A stretch of 32,412 nt of DNA from assembly GCA_032718475.1 (NCBI GenBank), contig JAUCBJ010005879.1, positions 1 through 32,412 of the forward strand, written 5' to 3'. The notes under the pieces were generated by a model, which was not told the DNA's origin, searched no databases, and saw only the letters and a list, made by a program, of their open reading frames with translations. A program made the position numbers and the translations under genes. Source of the stretch: Nemertoderma westbladi (taxonomy: Eukaryota; Animalia; Xenacoelomorpha). This document shows, in pieces, positions 21,384 through 32,412 of the stretch (position 1 is its first letter; every line of letters begins with the position of its first letter).

Positions 21384-22270
21384 CGAGAGCTAATAACACC
21401 AGCGCCCAAAGAATCGACCATGGGAATTAGTAAGGCAGTAACGGCGAGAATGAGGAGTCTCAAAGAGGACAAGCCAGAGGGAAGGAAGCGACCCAGACAG
21501 GACGACGATAGAGGGAAGGAACTGAGATGGTTCAAGAAGACGGGATGAGCGAACTAAGACTCGGAGGGGGAGATGTGGGGATGCCTGGAAGGCACCACAT
21601 GTGAAGTAATACGAACTCCTAAGTGCAAATTTAATAAAGTGCAATTAGTATGTACGTATGTAATAATCAATAGAATATAATTAGAATCAATATAATCAAA
21701 GTATGTATTATAGTCATATAACCTTTTCCAACTAGCTACTGGGACTGGGGACCAATTGACTATGGTAGGAGGACGGGACAGTAGACGAATCACACTTCTT
21801 GAGTGCAACGGCACAAAAGGGGAGGGTGAGGCTCATCAGGAGTGAGTAGAGTAAAATAAGTGTGGGTTGAGTATAGGAACATGGGGGAGGTACGGAGAGG
21901 AGGTGTTGACGTGCGCAGAATGTAGATGGGTGCAATTCAAAGGTGGGAAGCAAGCAGTAAGGGAGAGAGTAAGGGACGATAGGGTCCATAGGATATAGAG
22001 TAGAGTGAAGTTAGAGTGAGTTCAGAGTGAGGTGGTATAAAATTGTGTGAAAGGAGTCCATAATTGTCTCGAACAGAGATGTCAGATGTCTTGGTGCAAC
22101 ATAGGTTGCGATTGCACCAAGAAGGGGTAGCAATATCATACCCAGGGGGGACGGCCTGGAAAGCCAACCCCGAGAAAAGAACTCCACCCCACACCCGATA
22201 GTAGATCGGGTTCCAGCGAAATTGAAGCGCACTTGAGGTTGATGCTATCTTTTCACTGGGAAGATAGCAT

Positions 22271-22278
22271 GGGGGGAG
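22271..22278 (+). promoter_or_regulatory. Polypurine tract of element A
   Basis: GGGGGGAG lies immediately before the TG of the 3' LTR. Confidence 0.85.
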
Positions 22279-23308
22279 TGTAAGCAGATTCAATTCCACT
22301 TCATTAACCACAAGAAAATGGGATAGTGGCATTTTAGGAATATGTTGGAGATACGAGATTACCAATATTAATCTCGTATCATAACCAACATTTGGGGGGG
22401 GGGGCAACATAAGCCCCGAAGCCACATAGAAAGGAAGGTTAGAGGTCAAACCACCTCGGAGGGAACACAGCTAGTAGAGGCTAGCAGCAGAGGGAAACAC
22501 TCCCAGAGAGTGCCAGGGTGACAAGTAGCATATTAGCCAATAGAGGGGAGGGAAGCACGTGATAGGGAGCAGGAAAGCATCCATTGGGTAGGAGGCCAAG
22601 GTAGAGTAGGAGGTGAAGCAATATTAGTGTATCAATCATATATTATGTCAGATTCTTGGATTGGTACATCAGTTGGTTATTCAGTTTAGTGCAGACCGGT
22701 AACAATTATTCACCGTCATCGGCACTATCATACCGGTATCTATTATATCTGTATTTTTGCCGTATTAATTGTGCTATCATTTTATAACATCAAGAAACAA
22801 CATCAAACTCTTATCATTTTTCTCCAACGGCCTCAGCCAAGCTGTTAGCACCATCCCAGAGCAGAATGGTGACGTGTATAACAATTACCCAGTCGGGATC
22901 TCTGATCCCGTCACAGTGAATAATTTATCAACTGCTACGACTGTAACTGCCAGAGACAGTAAAAAGAAAAGATGAGCATAGGAGAGCCCCGATTATCTGA
23001 GGGAGAGAGAACGCTTCCGCGGACCCCGGACGATATCAATCAAACGATCCGTGAGGCCGCGACGAGACGGAATCGGCCAGCGACGCCGGATTCGCCGACG
23101 AGGGACGATCCGGTAGCTGAAGCGGAGGGCGGCCGTCAACCACGAGGGAGGGACGAGTTGACGCATGATGGCGGTCGGAGTACCAAAGTCGCCGGCCAGC
23201 CACAGGCCGAGGGCGATGGACGGCCTCGGCCAAGCTGTTAGCACCATCCCAAGGCAGAATGGTGATGCGTATAACAATTACCCGGTTGGGATCTCTGATC
23301 CTGTCACA
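22279..23308 (+). repeat. Compound 3' LTR of element A: full LTR (22279-22915), copy of leader/gag start (22916-23225), second LTR 3' end (23220-23308)
   Basis: 22916-23225 matches the sequence after the 5' LTR (10152-10461) with 2 substitutions. It joins through ACGGCC to an LTR end that is followed by the TSD. Confidence 0.9.
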
Positions 23309-23313
23309 CTTCG

Positions 23314-24266
23314 GGCCCTTTGAAGTTAAGCGTGCCCGCTCGATAGTGAAACGGTGGTGCGTCATGTTTGTTTGCATGACTTTTCGAGCAGTCTATCTGG
23401 ATATGGTTAACAACATGTCGATGAAAAGCTTTATCCTTTGACTCTGGAGACAGATCGGTAGATTTGGCACTAGCCGGACTATAAGATCCAACCAGGGTAC
23501 TAATTTCGTAGGTGCCAACAATGAAATCTCCAAATTCATTATGGATTGGAATGATCACCAGCTCGAAGAACACCTTAAAGTGTCGGCATCCATATGGACA
23601 TTCAATGCCGCCGACGCGCCCTGGTGGGGCGGAAGTTGGGAACGGTTGATTAAAAGTACAAAGGTCTCGTTTCATCACAAATTCCCATGTAAGGCTTATT
23701 TAAATGACAAACTGCTCAGAACACTTTTGGAGGAGATATCAAGTTACTTGAACGATAGACCCCTCTTACCTATTTCGTCGAGTCCACAAGCCATGGAACC
23801 CCTAACACCGTCCCATTTCCTACTAAGAAAACCAGTAACAATGCTGCCCAAATCCGATCCAAAGGATGGCGATGAACTGTTGAGACGCACATGGCAAATG
23901 ATGCAACTACTATCTCGGCGATTCGCAACACACTTCGAAAGCTACTATTTACCTTCAGTCCAGCTCAGGACCAAATGGTTTCCAAAGAAGGAAAATGTAT
24001 CAGTTGGCGATATAGTACTTTTAGTGGATCAGGACAAACCTAGAAAGACCTGGGAAACGGGCTGTATAACAGAAATTTATACGGGTAACAATAACTTGGT
24101 ACGCTCAGTAGAACTGACTATTTGGAGAGATACACCCAAACCCAAAGTACACTATTTAAATTGACCAATCGGATGCCTTTGTTTACTAGAATTGGCAACG
24201 GAACGTTCCGGTAACCACAGGCAACAAAGGTTTAGACTAAGCAATCTGACATACAAACTGGAGTAA
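23314..24266 (+). pseudogene. pol: BEL/Pao element B integrase core and C-terminus
   Basis: GPFEVKR...KRWCVMFVCMTFRAVYLDMV, SNQGTNFVGA, APWWGGSWERLIKSTK, LNDRPL, LTPSHFL, YLPSVQLRTKW, VGDIVLL, LVRSVEL, *PIGCLCLLE. Confidence 0.93.
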
Positions 24267-25327
24267 CGTCTTATAAAGGGTTACGATTGAGTGTGTAATT
24301 ATTTATTAGCCATTTTATACAGCGTAGGTATTAGTATTAGACTATGGTGCGCATGTAGCAACAAAACCTACTTATGTTAATTATACGTTGTATATGATAG
24401 CAACATATGCGACAATTTAATTTAACAGTAAATTATTTGACTTAAAACTTAAATAATTCAAAATAAATGACTAATTACTAACGACAATACTCAATCGTTG
24501 AGCGGATTTATGTGACGTTACGAGCATAGAAATATGTGATTTTCAAAAAAAAAATTGTTTAATTTATATTAAACATAAATCATTAAACACAAACTAATAA
24601 CCACAATTAAATTTAATATCGCCATAAATGCCTAAATTACTACTTAAAATACTACTTAAATTACCAAATGACCAAACTATTACAGTAGTTATTTGTGTGA
24701 AATAAGTGTGAGAAGTGAGCATTCTAATCTCTATTTACAAACATATCACGGAATAATTAATTAAATAAAAACGAAACAACGTGTTTCCCAGGAAACATAG
24801 ATAGAACTCGTACAACTGTGAATGCAACCGCTTAGTACAGCTTGTATGGGAAAAGCAAAATTGTTATCATGGATACACCAAACGGTGAATTCTGGTAAAT
24901 GTTTAAAGTTAAGCGTTTTTGAACTGTATTTTGACCGTATATTGAACAAAAGTGCACAAATAAGCACCAAATTAAGCTAAATAGTGTAAAAAACTGAGAA
25001 ATAGTGTGAAATTTTAAGGTTTACACAATTGTCCAACCCTTCATAGATGCTAGAGTTATAGTTGATCAGTGATGGCTCCGGGCCAGTCCCCTGTCTCCCT
25101 GGCTTGATGAGAGTTTAGCCTTTAGCCACGATATTTCGGTACCGCTGGTAGTTGCAAACTCGATTCTTGCCACTAGGGATTGACCAGGGACTGCGTCACA
25201 GCGTGTCTCGGCGCCTTTGGGGAGGTAACGCTTGCCTAACCCCTATATACATTCTTCTACTCAAACTCGCACATGTCTCGACACACAAAGACACTCAAGC
25301 GACGTTCTGGGGAACAGCACGCAGAGA

Positions 25328-28300
25328 TGATGGATATGATGACTGCTGATTTCACTGGCGATTCCACCGAGCTCGCTCAAAGCATGGAACTGCGTATGGA
25401 TCCTTCAGGGAACTACATCGAACCGCCGATGAACCCCGAACAGCACAACATCGAACAACAATATCGTGAGTTCATTCTCAAATATACCGAGCGCGATGGA
25501 AGTTATAACAGCTTCCTCACCACTGGTCACCCCATGGACTTAAGGGACATCAATGACCAGCATGTTCAAACTACACGTTGAACGGCAACGTAGTAACGAG
25601 ACCTGAACACAACACAACTATCAGATTCGTGTTGGTATCGCGGACGATGACACCGAGAATCCTTCTCACCTCTCCTGCTTCGAGGAATATGTCACCTTTC
25701 TCCGCGAAACGTATCTAAAGGTCGCAAGTCAACATGATTTATAAACTCTGTACCTTAAGGGTGTTCATCCTAACCCGGCTAAGGAGATCAAACGACTCTA
25801 TCACAGCATGATGTACCTTACTGAGGGTCGCCCACTCCCAGTCCTCCCTGATGCTTTCTACGACATGGAGGAATACAGTAAGTCAGGTGTAAAGTCTCCA
25901 CCCCCGTGCAAAACTGACTTTCGGCTCTGGTACTTGTGTCGTCAATGCCCATATCACAACCAACAGGTCTCCACTACACCTGTGAATCACCCCCATCAAC
26001 GATGCTCCCGCCATAGCTTCATCAAGTATATGCACGGTGGGTTTGAGGAGAATCAATTTAACGTCGATGAGAAACGGTTACGTAACTTGCAGAGGTTGCG
26101 TAAACCCATGATCCGTTTCCCTGAATTTTCTCCCGGCCCAATGTTGCCTATATGGTGAAACACATGATGCTCTCACCGACCGACCCCCGCTTCGAAGCCA
26201 TGTATCTGTATTTCCCAGACCTCGTCATGGATGAACAGATAGCTCCCCATTACCAAGAAAAATGCCGACCCCTCTTCAACCTTCCATGGTCGGTATAGGT
26301 CACGGCAGTTTGCTGCAGCACGAGGAATCCATGTGGACCTCCCCTCTCACCTCTGCCGGGACCTCCACGGTTAATCGTAACTACTTTGGTTACCGAGTTC
26401 CTTGGCACCCTTCGAAACTCTATCGGTGTAGATGACCCTATTAAACTCTCCGGCAAGCTCAATGTCGTCCGTCAGATGAAACTACCAAATTCGAATCAGA
26501 AGTCCACCTCCTACAAGAGGAAATCGAATGAGGAAAGGCTATCTCCCTCACGGATGCTCTTAGAGAAAGCCAACATCTTCGCGAAGAAGAGGAATGGACA
26601 GAGCGTGAATGTTTAACTGACGAGCGCGAGCTAGCTTCTTTGGTCCAACCCGCGGTCCAGACTCTTATGGAAGGGTTCCAAAGTAAAGCGCAGGCTCACC
26701 CGTCCAGGTCTGTAAAGCGTTTCGGTGTCACTTACAGTCAAACCCGAACGATACCTTTCGACACTGACATCTCTAACCCCAACCTAGTTGCAGACGCTCT
26801 GATGTTGGAAACCCACATTGTAGAGCCCCTTCTCGACGAAACAGATGAGTGGATCATCGCTCCCCTTGGTCAAACTGACCAAATCAAGTCGCTAATCTGG
26901 GACAAAAACCTATAAAGATGACCTCTCCATCCACCGTTCTATGGAATTCAGGACCATCCGGATTTTGTTCTACTCGGTCAACATTATGTGATGAAACCCG
27001 AGGATCCCGCCTGCAGTATGGATTTTCTACCCCTAGTTAATCCCCTCGATGTGACGGAAATCGAACCACTGCAGATACACCTAGATTACATAATCAAACT
27101 GAACGCCTTTCGCAAACCCTTCAACATACAAACCATCGAGGATAAACCCGCGCCCCTATGGAATCTCGCTAATTTTATTAGTGATCGATTGATTCACTGG
27201 AACATTGACGTACAGTTCCGGGAAGATAAACTCTCTACCACATTGAAAGGAAAATCTGTCGTAGAGAATGTCCAAAGCTACGAATCGGTAGTTATCGCCC
27301 GAGGCTCCATTGGATCCCTCGATAGCTTATGGACACCGGTTGAAGTGGATGAAACTGTCGTGTATCTCGAGTTTAACAACACTCTTGAGATTATCCTATT
27401 ATTATTATTATAATTATTATTATGATGCTATACGATAACGAAGGTTCCGTATCGAACGATGAACTAGGTACTACCCGATTAATACATATCCGTTGTTTTA
27501 ACCAGAGTCACCCATGTATTCACGCGATCCTCCCGTAGCGCTGATGCATCCTTCACCCCTCCGTCCTTCCAGGAAATGGTACCTCGGCATGGACAGTTCA
27601 AGAAGTCCTACAGATACGTTATTGAAACCAAGCGTCACCCTACGCCCAGCATTGAGCCTTCAATGTTGCCCTAACCCGTTCTCGACCTGTTGTTCAATGA
27701 GAGGATTTGTAAACTCGGTTCAGCGATATATCCCGACTTGTATAAGGACTTTGACTCCTTATTAGACATCCCTTACCCTTTTGCAGACACACAAATGATC
27801 CTCCCGTGGGCCCAGGAATGTGGTTTCTTCCGCGCCATTTACGAACGTGTAGGCAACGAAATGCGTAGAGCTGAACATACTGGCATCGGACACATTTCGT
27901 TCCATGAACTCGGTTGGGATTTCAAGGAAGGTAGGTATAACCGTTATTTAAACCTATATGGTGATAATTATTCGCGTTATTACATCAATGGTCCTCTGAC
28001 CACCCCCGGTGCTGTTTATTCTAACATTAGTGTCCCTCTCCGGCCTTCTCCCACCATTTACATAATTTACGAGAACTCTGCCGTATCAGGTTGGCTAGCC
28101 GATACTTGTAGTAGGACTCTGAGGTCCCACCCCTTACTTCTCGGCACCCAGCTTGCCAAAGTTAAACGTGAAGGGAAATTCCAAAGTTTCGAATGTTTTC
28201 AAAGGTTCTTATTCCCCTTCTTCGGCATCGACAGCCAATTCCGTGACCCCGCTCTGAAAGGACAGGTAAATAAGCATTTATCTGCTTTTGAGGACCTAAA

Positions 28301-29233
28301 CCAAAAGGGTTTCGCCATATTCAAGGATGTGTGCATCAAAAACCTACCTTCTACTATTCTAGAGCGCCCCATCCTCAAGTCTGGATACTCAGTCTCAATG
28401 GGCCAAACCTCAGATAAGCAGATAGCTTCCTATTTAAATGACTATGCGGTGGACAACGTTTTAGAATCCAAACCCGTCCATCCCACCTCTGAATTAGACG
28501 ATGACGGCGAGTTTATTATACCGTGGCACCTTTGACCACAACCATTAACGAGAGTTGCCTTTCGTTCAGCCGTGCCACAAGGTCGGAAGCGCTGCATTCA
28601 ATGTGGCTCCCGTGCGCATAAAGCACTACCTACTGGCGAGATTTGCCAAACTTATTCACAATGTTCTGTTCTGAGCTACCCCCTCATTGTCTGTATTGTA
28701 GATTGATTAATGATCACACGTTCTTTAACTGTTCGCAATTCTCGGAACAGTGCGATAAATGTCCATTAAAGGGACATTACCCGAGCTCCTGCCCCTTTGA
28801 CTTGACACAACGGGACGGCGAAACATCCCTCCTAAAGTATATTAAATTGTGGGAGCATTCTGCGGATTTACACCAAATCACACGCCTCCATTATGAGTCT
28901 TCCCACTCATATTGCGGAGTCTTTGCCGTCAACCCTTACACCTTTGTGATTGAAGCGCAACAATCCCACCTTCCTGACTACCAAATACTGTTAACAGTCT
29001 CTGAGCTCACCAACGTTCAATATGTGTGCACGTTCCTTTGCCGTATGAACCCCGGTGATGTGACAACCTATAACCTTATCGAATTTATTCGAAAAGACTC
29101 CAACCTTGGTTACGAGTTCGTCGCCACCAATCCTGAGTTATTACAAACTTTGGATCGCGTTACGTACCTCCGTCATACCGCACGCCTTGCGGAAGAGACA
29201 GAGGTATATTTAGAGGTAGAGGAGGTGTCATGA
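25328..29233 (+). pseudogene. Element B accessory ORF (~1300 codons, broken): unknown N-terminus, DEDDy exonuclease-like domain, 3 zinc knuckles; homologous to the element A accessory ORF
   Basis: ExoI LYDNEG (27434), TRLIHI, ExoII LP*PVLDLLFNERICKLGSAIYPDL (27735), FADTQ, ExoIII-position YIIYEN (28059). CIQCGSRAH, CLYCRLINDHTFFNC and CDKCPLKGHYPSSC lie at 28593-28792, then WEHSADLHQIT. The start position is uncertain. Confidence 0.72.
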
Positions 29234-29336
29234 CTTCTTCACAAACTCTTAAACGACCAGTCACTGCCGCCATCCTCAAGAAAGCGGTACAATCCACATT
29301 ACCCCCTTCCTCTAGATCTTCACCGGCTAAAGTACT

Positions 29337-30708
29337 ATGGAGGGATGTGAAGCGAGAGAGTGGGCGGAAGAGAATGGATTTGATGTGGAAGACTTAGAGG
29401 CAATGGGATGAAACAAGGGTCCCAGCAAGTATCGGTATGGAGATGGAGAGGCGCGGACGGTGAGATGTCCGGAGGACAACCCGGAGGAGTGTCCGATGGA
29501 GTGTCAGGAGGACAATAGTCCGGAGGAGTGTCCGGAGGAGTGTCCGGAAGAGACGCAGGTCCGGTTGAGTGGCATACCGACAAGGGGGAGGTCGAGTAAG
29601 AAGACAGGATGGAAAGGGATAGGATTACTATTGTACCTTCTGTTTTGTCTGTTCTTTCACTTTCTTTTCATTCTGCCGCCGGGAGACAACAAGGTGGGAG
29701 GTGGCATTTTGATGCCAAGAGACGAGGAAGTTAAGAAGGCGGAGGAGAGGAAGGAGGGTATCCTTTATCTAATCCATATCATTCATTTGCTATGTGTGGA
29801 CCAAAGGCGGGAGAAATTGTCGTTTGTCCACCTAAGATTGTTGAACCCGATGCATTTGAACATACGCTGGAAGAGCTGACTCAGTCAACCCGCGAAAAGA
29901 AAGAAGCTCTTAGCCTATACAGAGTCTATAAGGCTTTCGAGGAGGGTGAGATGGAAGAATGGGGCGGAAGACTCGCGAGCCTACCTTACCATTGGACGTC
30001 ACATGATCAGACTTCAGCTAAGGAGATGACACCAAAAATTTTCGAAAGTATAAACTTTGCCCAAAATGTTTAATCGTATCACATATGGTGAATTTGATCG
30101 TTTCCGAACAGAAAAGCGGAACAAGGGAGCTTGGTTAACCGTCGCATGGGCGTATCGAGCCGCATTCTATCACAAACGTATACGAGCGAGCGTATTCGAG
30201 GAAGAGGAGATCCTAGAGGCGACCAACATACCAGCTACTCCGGGTGCGCCGTCTGCACGTCACCCTCGGGAGGACGGACAGAATAGGATTATAAGGGTTC
30301 AGAAAGTGGAGCCAACAACTAAAGAAAACTATAAATATTGAAGAACGAAGGGGATATGAACCGACTATTCGAGTTACTCGGGATATGGTGTCACTTCCCA
30401 GAGAACCGCAAGGAGGATTAGGACACATACCAGCTGATCAAAAGGGGGCGCAAGTTTCTCTTGAGTCTGCGTCGTCCACTTCCCGCGCATTCCCAGACGT
30501 TTTACCAACGGTAGACACAACCGGTCGATCACGAGGAGTCGGTCGAGGATTTGGGATGCCTAATAGACGAGCATGTGAGGAAATGGTCGCACCATCTCCC
30601 AACGTCCAAGGTAAACTAGTGACTCGCCCCACAAGTCCCATACCGCGAGCAAAGTCACCTGTACACAGTTTTCCAGGACGCGGCAGGGCTCGATCCACCA
30701 AGCGGTAA
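29337..30708 (+). pseudogene. Degenerate orphan coding region of unknown product
   Basis: A chain of abutting plus-strand ORFs (29460, 29792, 30057, 30385) with coding-like composition and an ECPE repeat (GAGTGTCCGGAG). No recognised domain. Confidence 0.35.
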
Positions 30709-30724
30709 AAGGGAGGGCAAGGGT

Positions 30725-31330
30725 GGACGGAAGACTCGTGAGCCTTTCTTTTGTATTGTTTATTTTATGTATTGTTTATGTAAATTGTATTGTTTATGTA
30801 ATTTGTTATTGCCCCAAATTTATGTAATTTGTATTGTTCCGATTTTATGAAATTCAGAAAGTTTTATATTTAGAAGGAATTTATATTTGAAAGGTTTATA
30901 TTTTATATTTGAGATGCCTAAAGAGTTTATATTGTTCTAAACTTATGCAGTTTATATTGTTCTAAACTTATGCAGTTTATATTTATATTTAGTAAGAATT
31001 ATATTTAGAAAGATTTACATTTAGAAAGTGCTATATTTGTAGTCATTCCAAACTTACGCAATTTATTGTTTCGAATATTATGCAATTTATATTTTATAAA
31101 GAAGCAGTATTTGTATTCGCAGTAAATAGAAGGCAAGAGCAGACGGAAACTTGTGAGCCTTTCTTGTGATTTATTTGAAATTATTCCAAACTTATGCAAT
31201 TTGTTTTATATTTAAGTAGCATTTGTATTTGTGATTGTTTGAATTTATGCAATATTTGAGATGCAATAGATTTATTTGGTGAATTTAATTTAGATATATA
31301 TTGTACTTACTTAATAAAGCCTTAAATACG
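30725..31330. repeat. AT-rich degenerate repeats
   Basis: TGTATTGTTTATGTAA variants (30750-30840), GTTTATATTGTTCTAAACTTATGCA x2 (~30924-30975), and GACGGAA..CT.GTGAGCCTTTCTT at ~30726 and ~31142. Confidence 0.7.
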
Positions 31331-31626
31331 TAAAGTTTGAATTTGTAATTATTTGTATCGAATTATTATGTAAAGGTGTTATTGTTGAGATTTAATTTGT
31401 AAATATGTAAGTACGTCCCAAGTATTTCATAATTTGATTTAGTATTGGTGAAAACCGTATATTTTATGCTCGATAATATCCTGTTTTCATGGAGCGGTAT
31501 AGAATTATATTCTCATAAATGCCGTGGATTTTCAAAATTTTATTTTGTTCGAATTAACTTTCTATAAAGATTACATTAAGTCCTCATTTGCATTTACCAT
31601 ATCTATTTGTATAACATTGTTCAAGT

Positions 31627-31710
31627 GGTTCAGTAGCTCAGTCGGTTAAGCGTTGGAAATTCGTGTAGTAGGTATCGAGTTCGAATCCTAGTAAGTGTGA
31701 ATTATTTTTT
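31627..31710 (+). mobile_element. tRNA-derived SINE head or tRNA pseudogene
   Basis: A box TAGCTCAGTCGG (31634), B box GAGTTCGAATCC (31677) and a downstream T-run. The anticodon and acceptor stems do not pair. Confidence 0.6.
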
Positions 31711-32412
31711 GTGCTGAGTTTCAACTCATTTAAATTAACCGCTACGAATTAAATTGCATTTGCTCAAGGCAGATTAACCAATAAGATTACAGTTATTAGA
31801 TAGTAACCAATGTCGTGCAAGATACGTGTTCGCTGGACCAATGATTATCTTTAAAAACCTAGTAGAACCCATAGAACAATCTAGATTTATCTCGATTGAT
31901 TGCAGCACAAATTTGCTATAAAAGGTGCAATTTCGTTCATTAGTTATCTTATCTCTCTCTCACTTACATCCATTAGTTATTTCAGATTACATTGTTTATA
32001 TTAATATAATTGTTGGTTATCTGTAATAAAGTCAGAATTATCGCTATATCTGCCCTTTTTCTATCATGTTTCACCACGGTGAACCCAACTGAGGGCCAGG
32101 ATGGCAGGCTAGACATTGGGCCACAGCAATGAACGGGAACATCGGAGGAATGTAGACAGGAGACCACCCACAATACTGATTCGTAGTTATTCGCCCATCG
32201 CCTGAAAGGTTAGACAGCGTTCGATGCCTCGCTACCTAAGTATAAGACCTGAGATCGAAGGTAGAAGTAGCGACACACTGTACGCCAAAAATTTAAATTT
32301 AGGAACCGTATTATTTTGACTCGGGAAAACCCGCGGAAACCCTTTGTATTCCTACGGGAGGAGAGGATAGGCAGAGAGATACCAGTACACAGATAGGACA
32401 CAGGCACACCAT

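Larger units (their letters stand above)
9499..23308 (+). mobile_element. BEL/Pao LTR retrotransposon element A (13.8 kb, degenerate), with 5-bp TSD CTTCG
   Basis: TG...CA termini, TSD CTTCG at 9494-9498 and 23309-23313, gag-RT-RNaseH-integrase order, PPT at 22271-22278, and matching LTRs. Confidence 0.95.

Noticed and set aside
25100-25170. Hammerhead ribozyme or SECIS
   Set aside because: The core reads TTGATGA...GATT, not CTGATGA...GAAA, and the stem length and apical loop do not fit a SECIS.
31930-32412. Possible LTR or leader of another element, or the 3' LTR of element B
   Set aside because: An AATAAA and a small hairpin (TTCACC/GGTGAA) are present, but there is no partner LTR, clear PPT, PBS or coding motif within the window.

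Overview
This window looks like eukaryotic (metazoan-type), transposon-dense DNA with no recognisable host gene. All calls come from reading motifs by eye; no database searches were run. Left to right it holds a foldback element, a broken CMC/EnSpm-type transposase, a tRNA-derived inverted repeat, a 30-bp minisatellite, a long hairpin and an intact Crypton-type tyrosine recombinase ORF (DUF3504-like). Next comes a 69-bp-TIR element with a deleted Ty3/Gypsy remnant inside. The rest is a nest: a 13.8-kb BEL/Pao LTR retrotransposon (element A, 9499-23308, TSD CTTCG) sits in the integrase of an older, divergent BEL/Pao element (element B). Element A itself carries an RTE-type LINE fragment and a TTAA-flanked MITE. 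The main finding is that both BEL elements carry a homologous extra gene downstream of pol, in the usual env position. It encodes a WRN/EXD/Mut-7-like DEDDy 3'-5' exonuclease domain with an unusual YxxxE ExoIII motif, followed by three CCHC zinc knuckles. Element A also lacks a tRNA-type primer binding site; the 10 nt after its LTR are complementary to its own LTR, which suggests possible self-priming.
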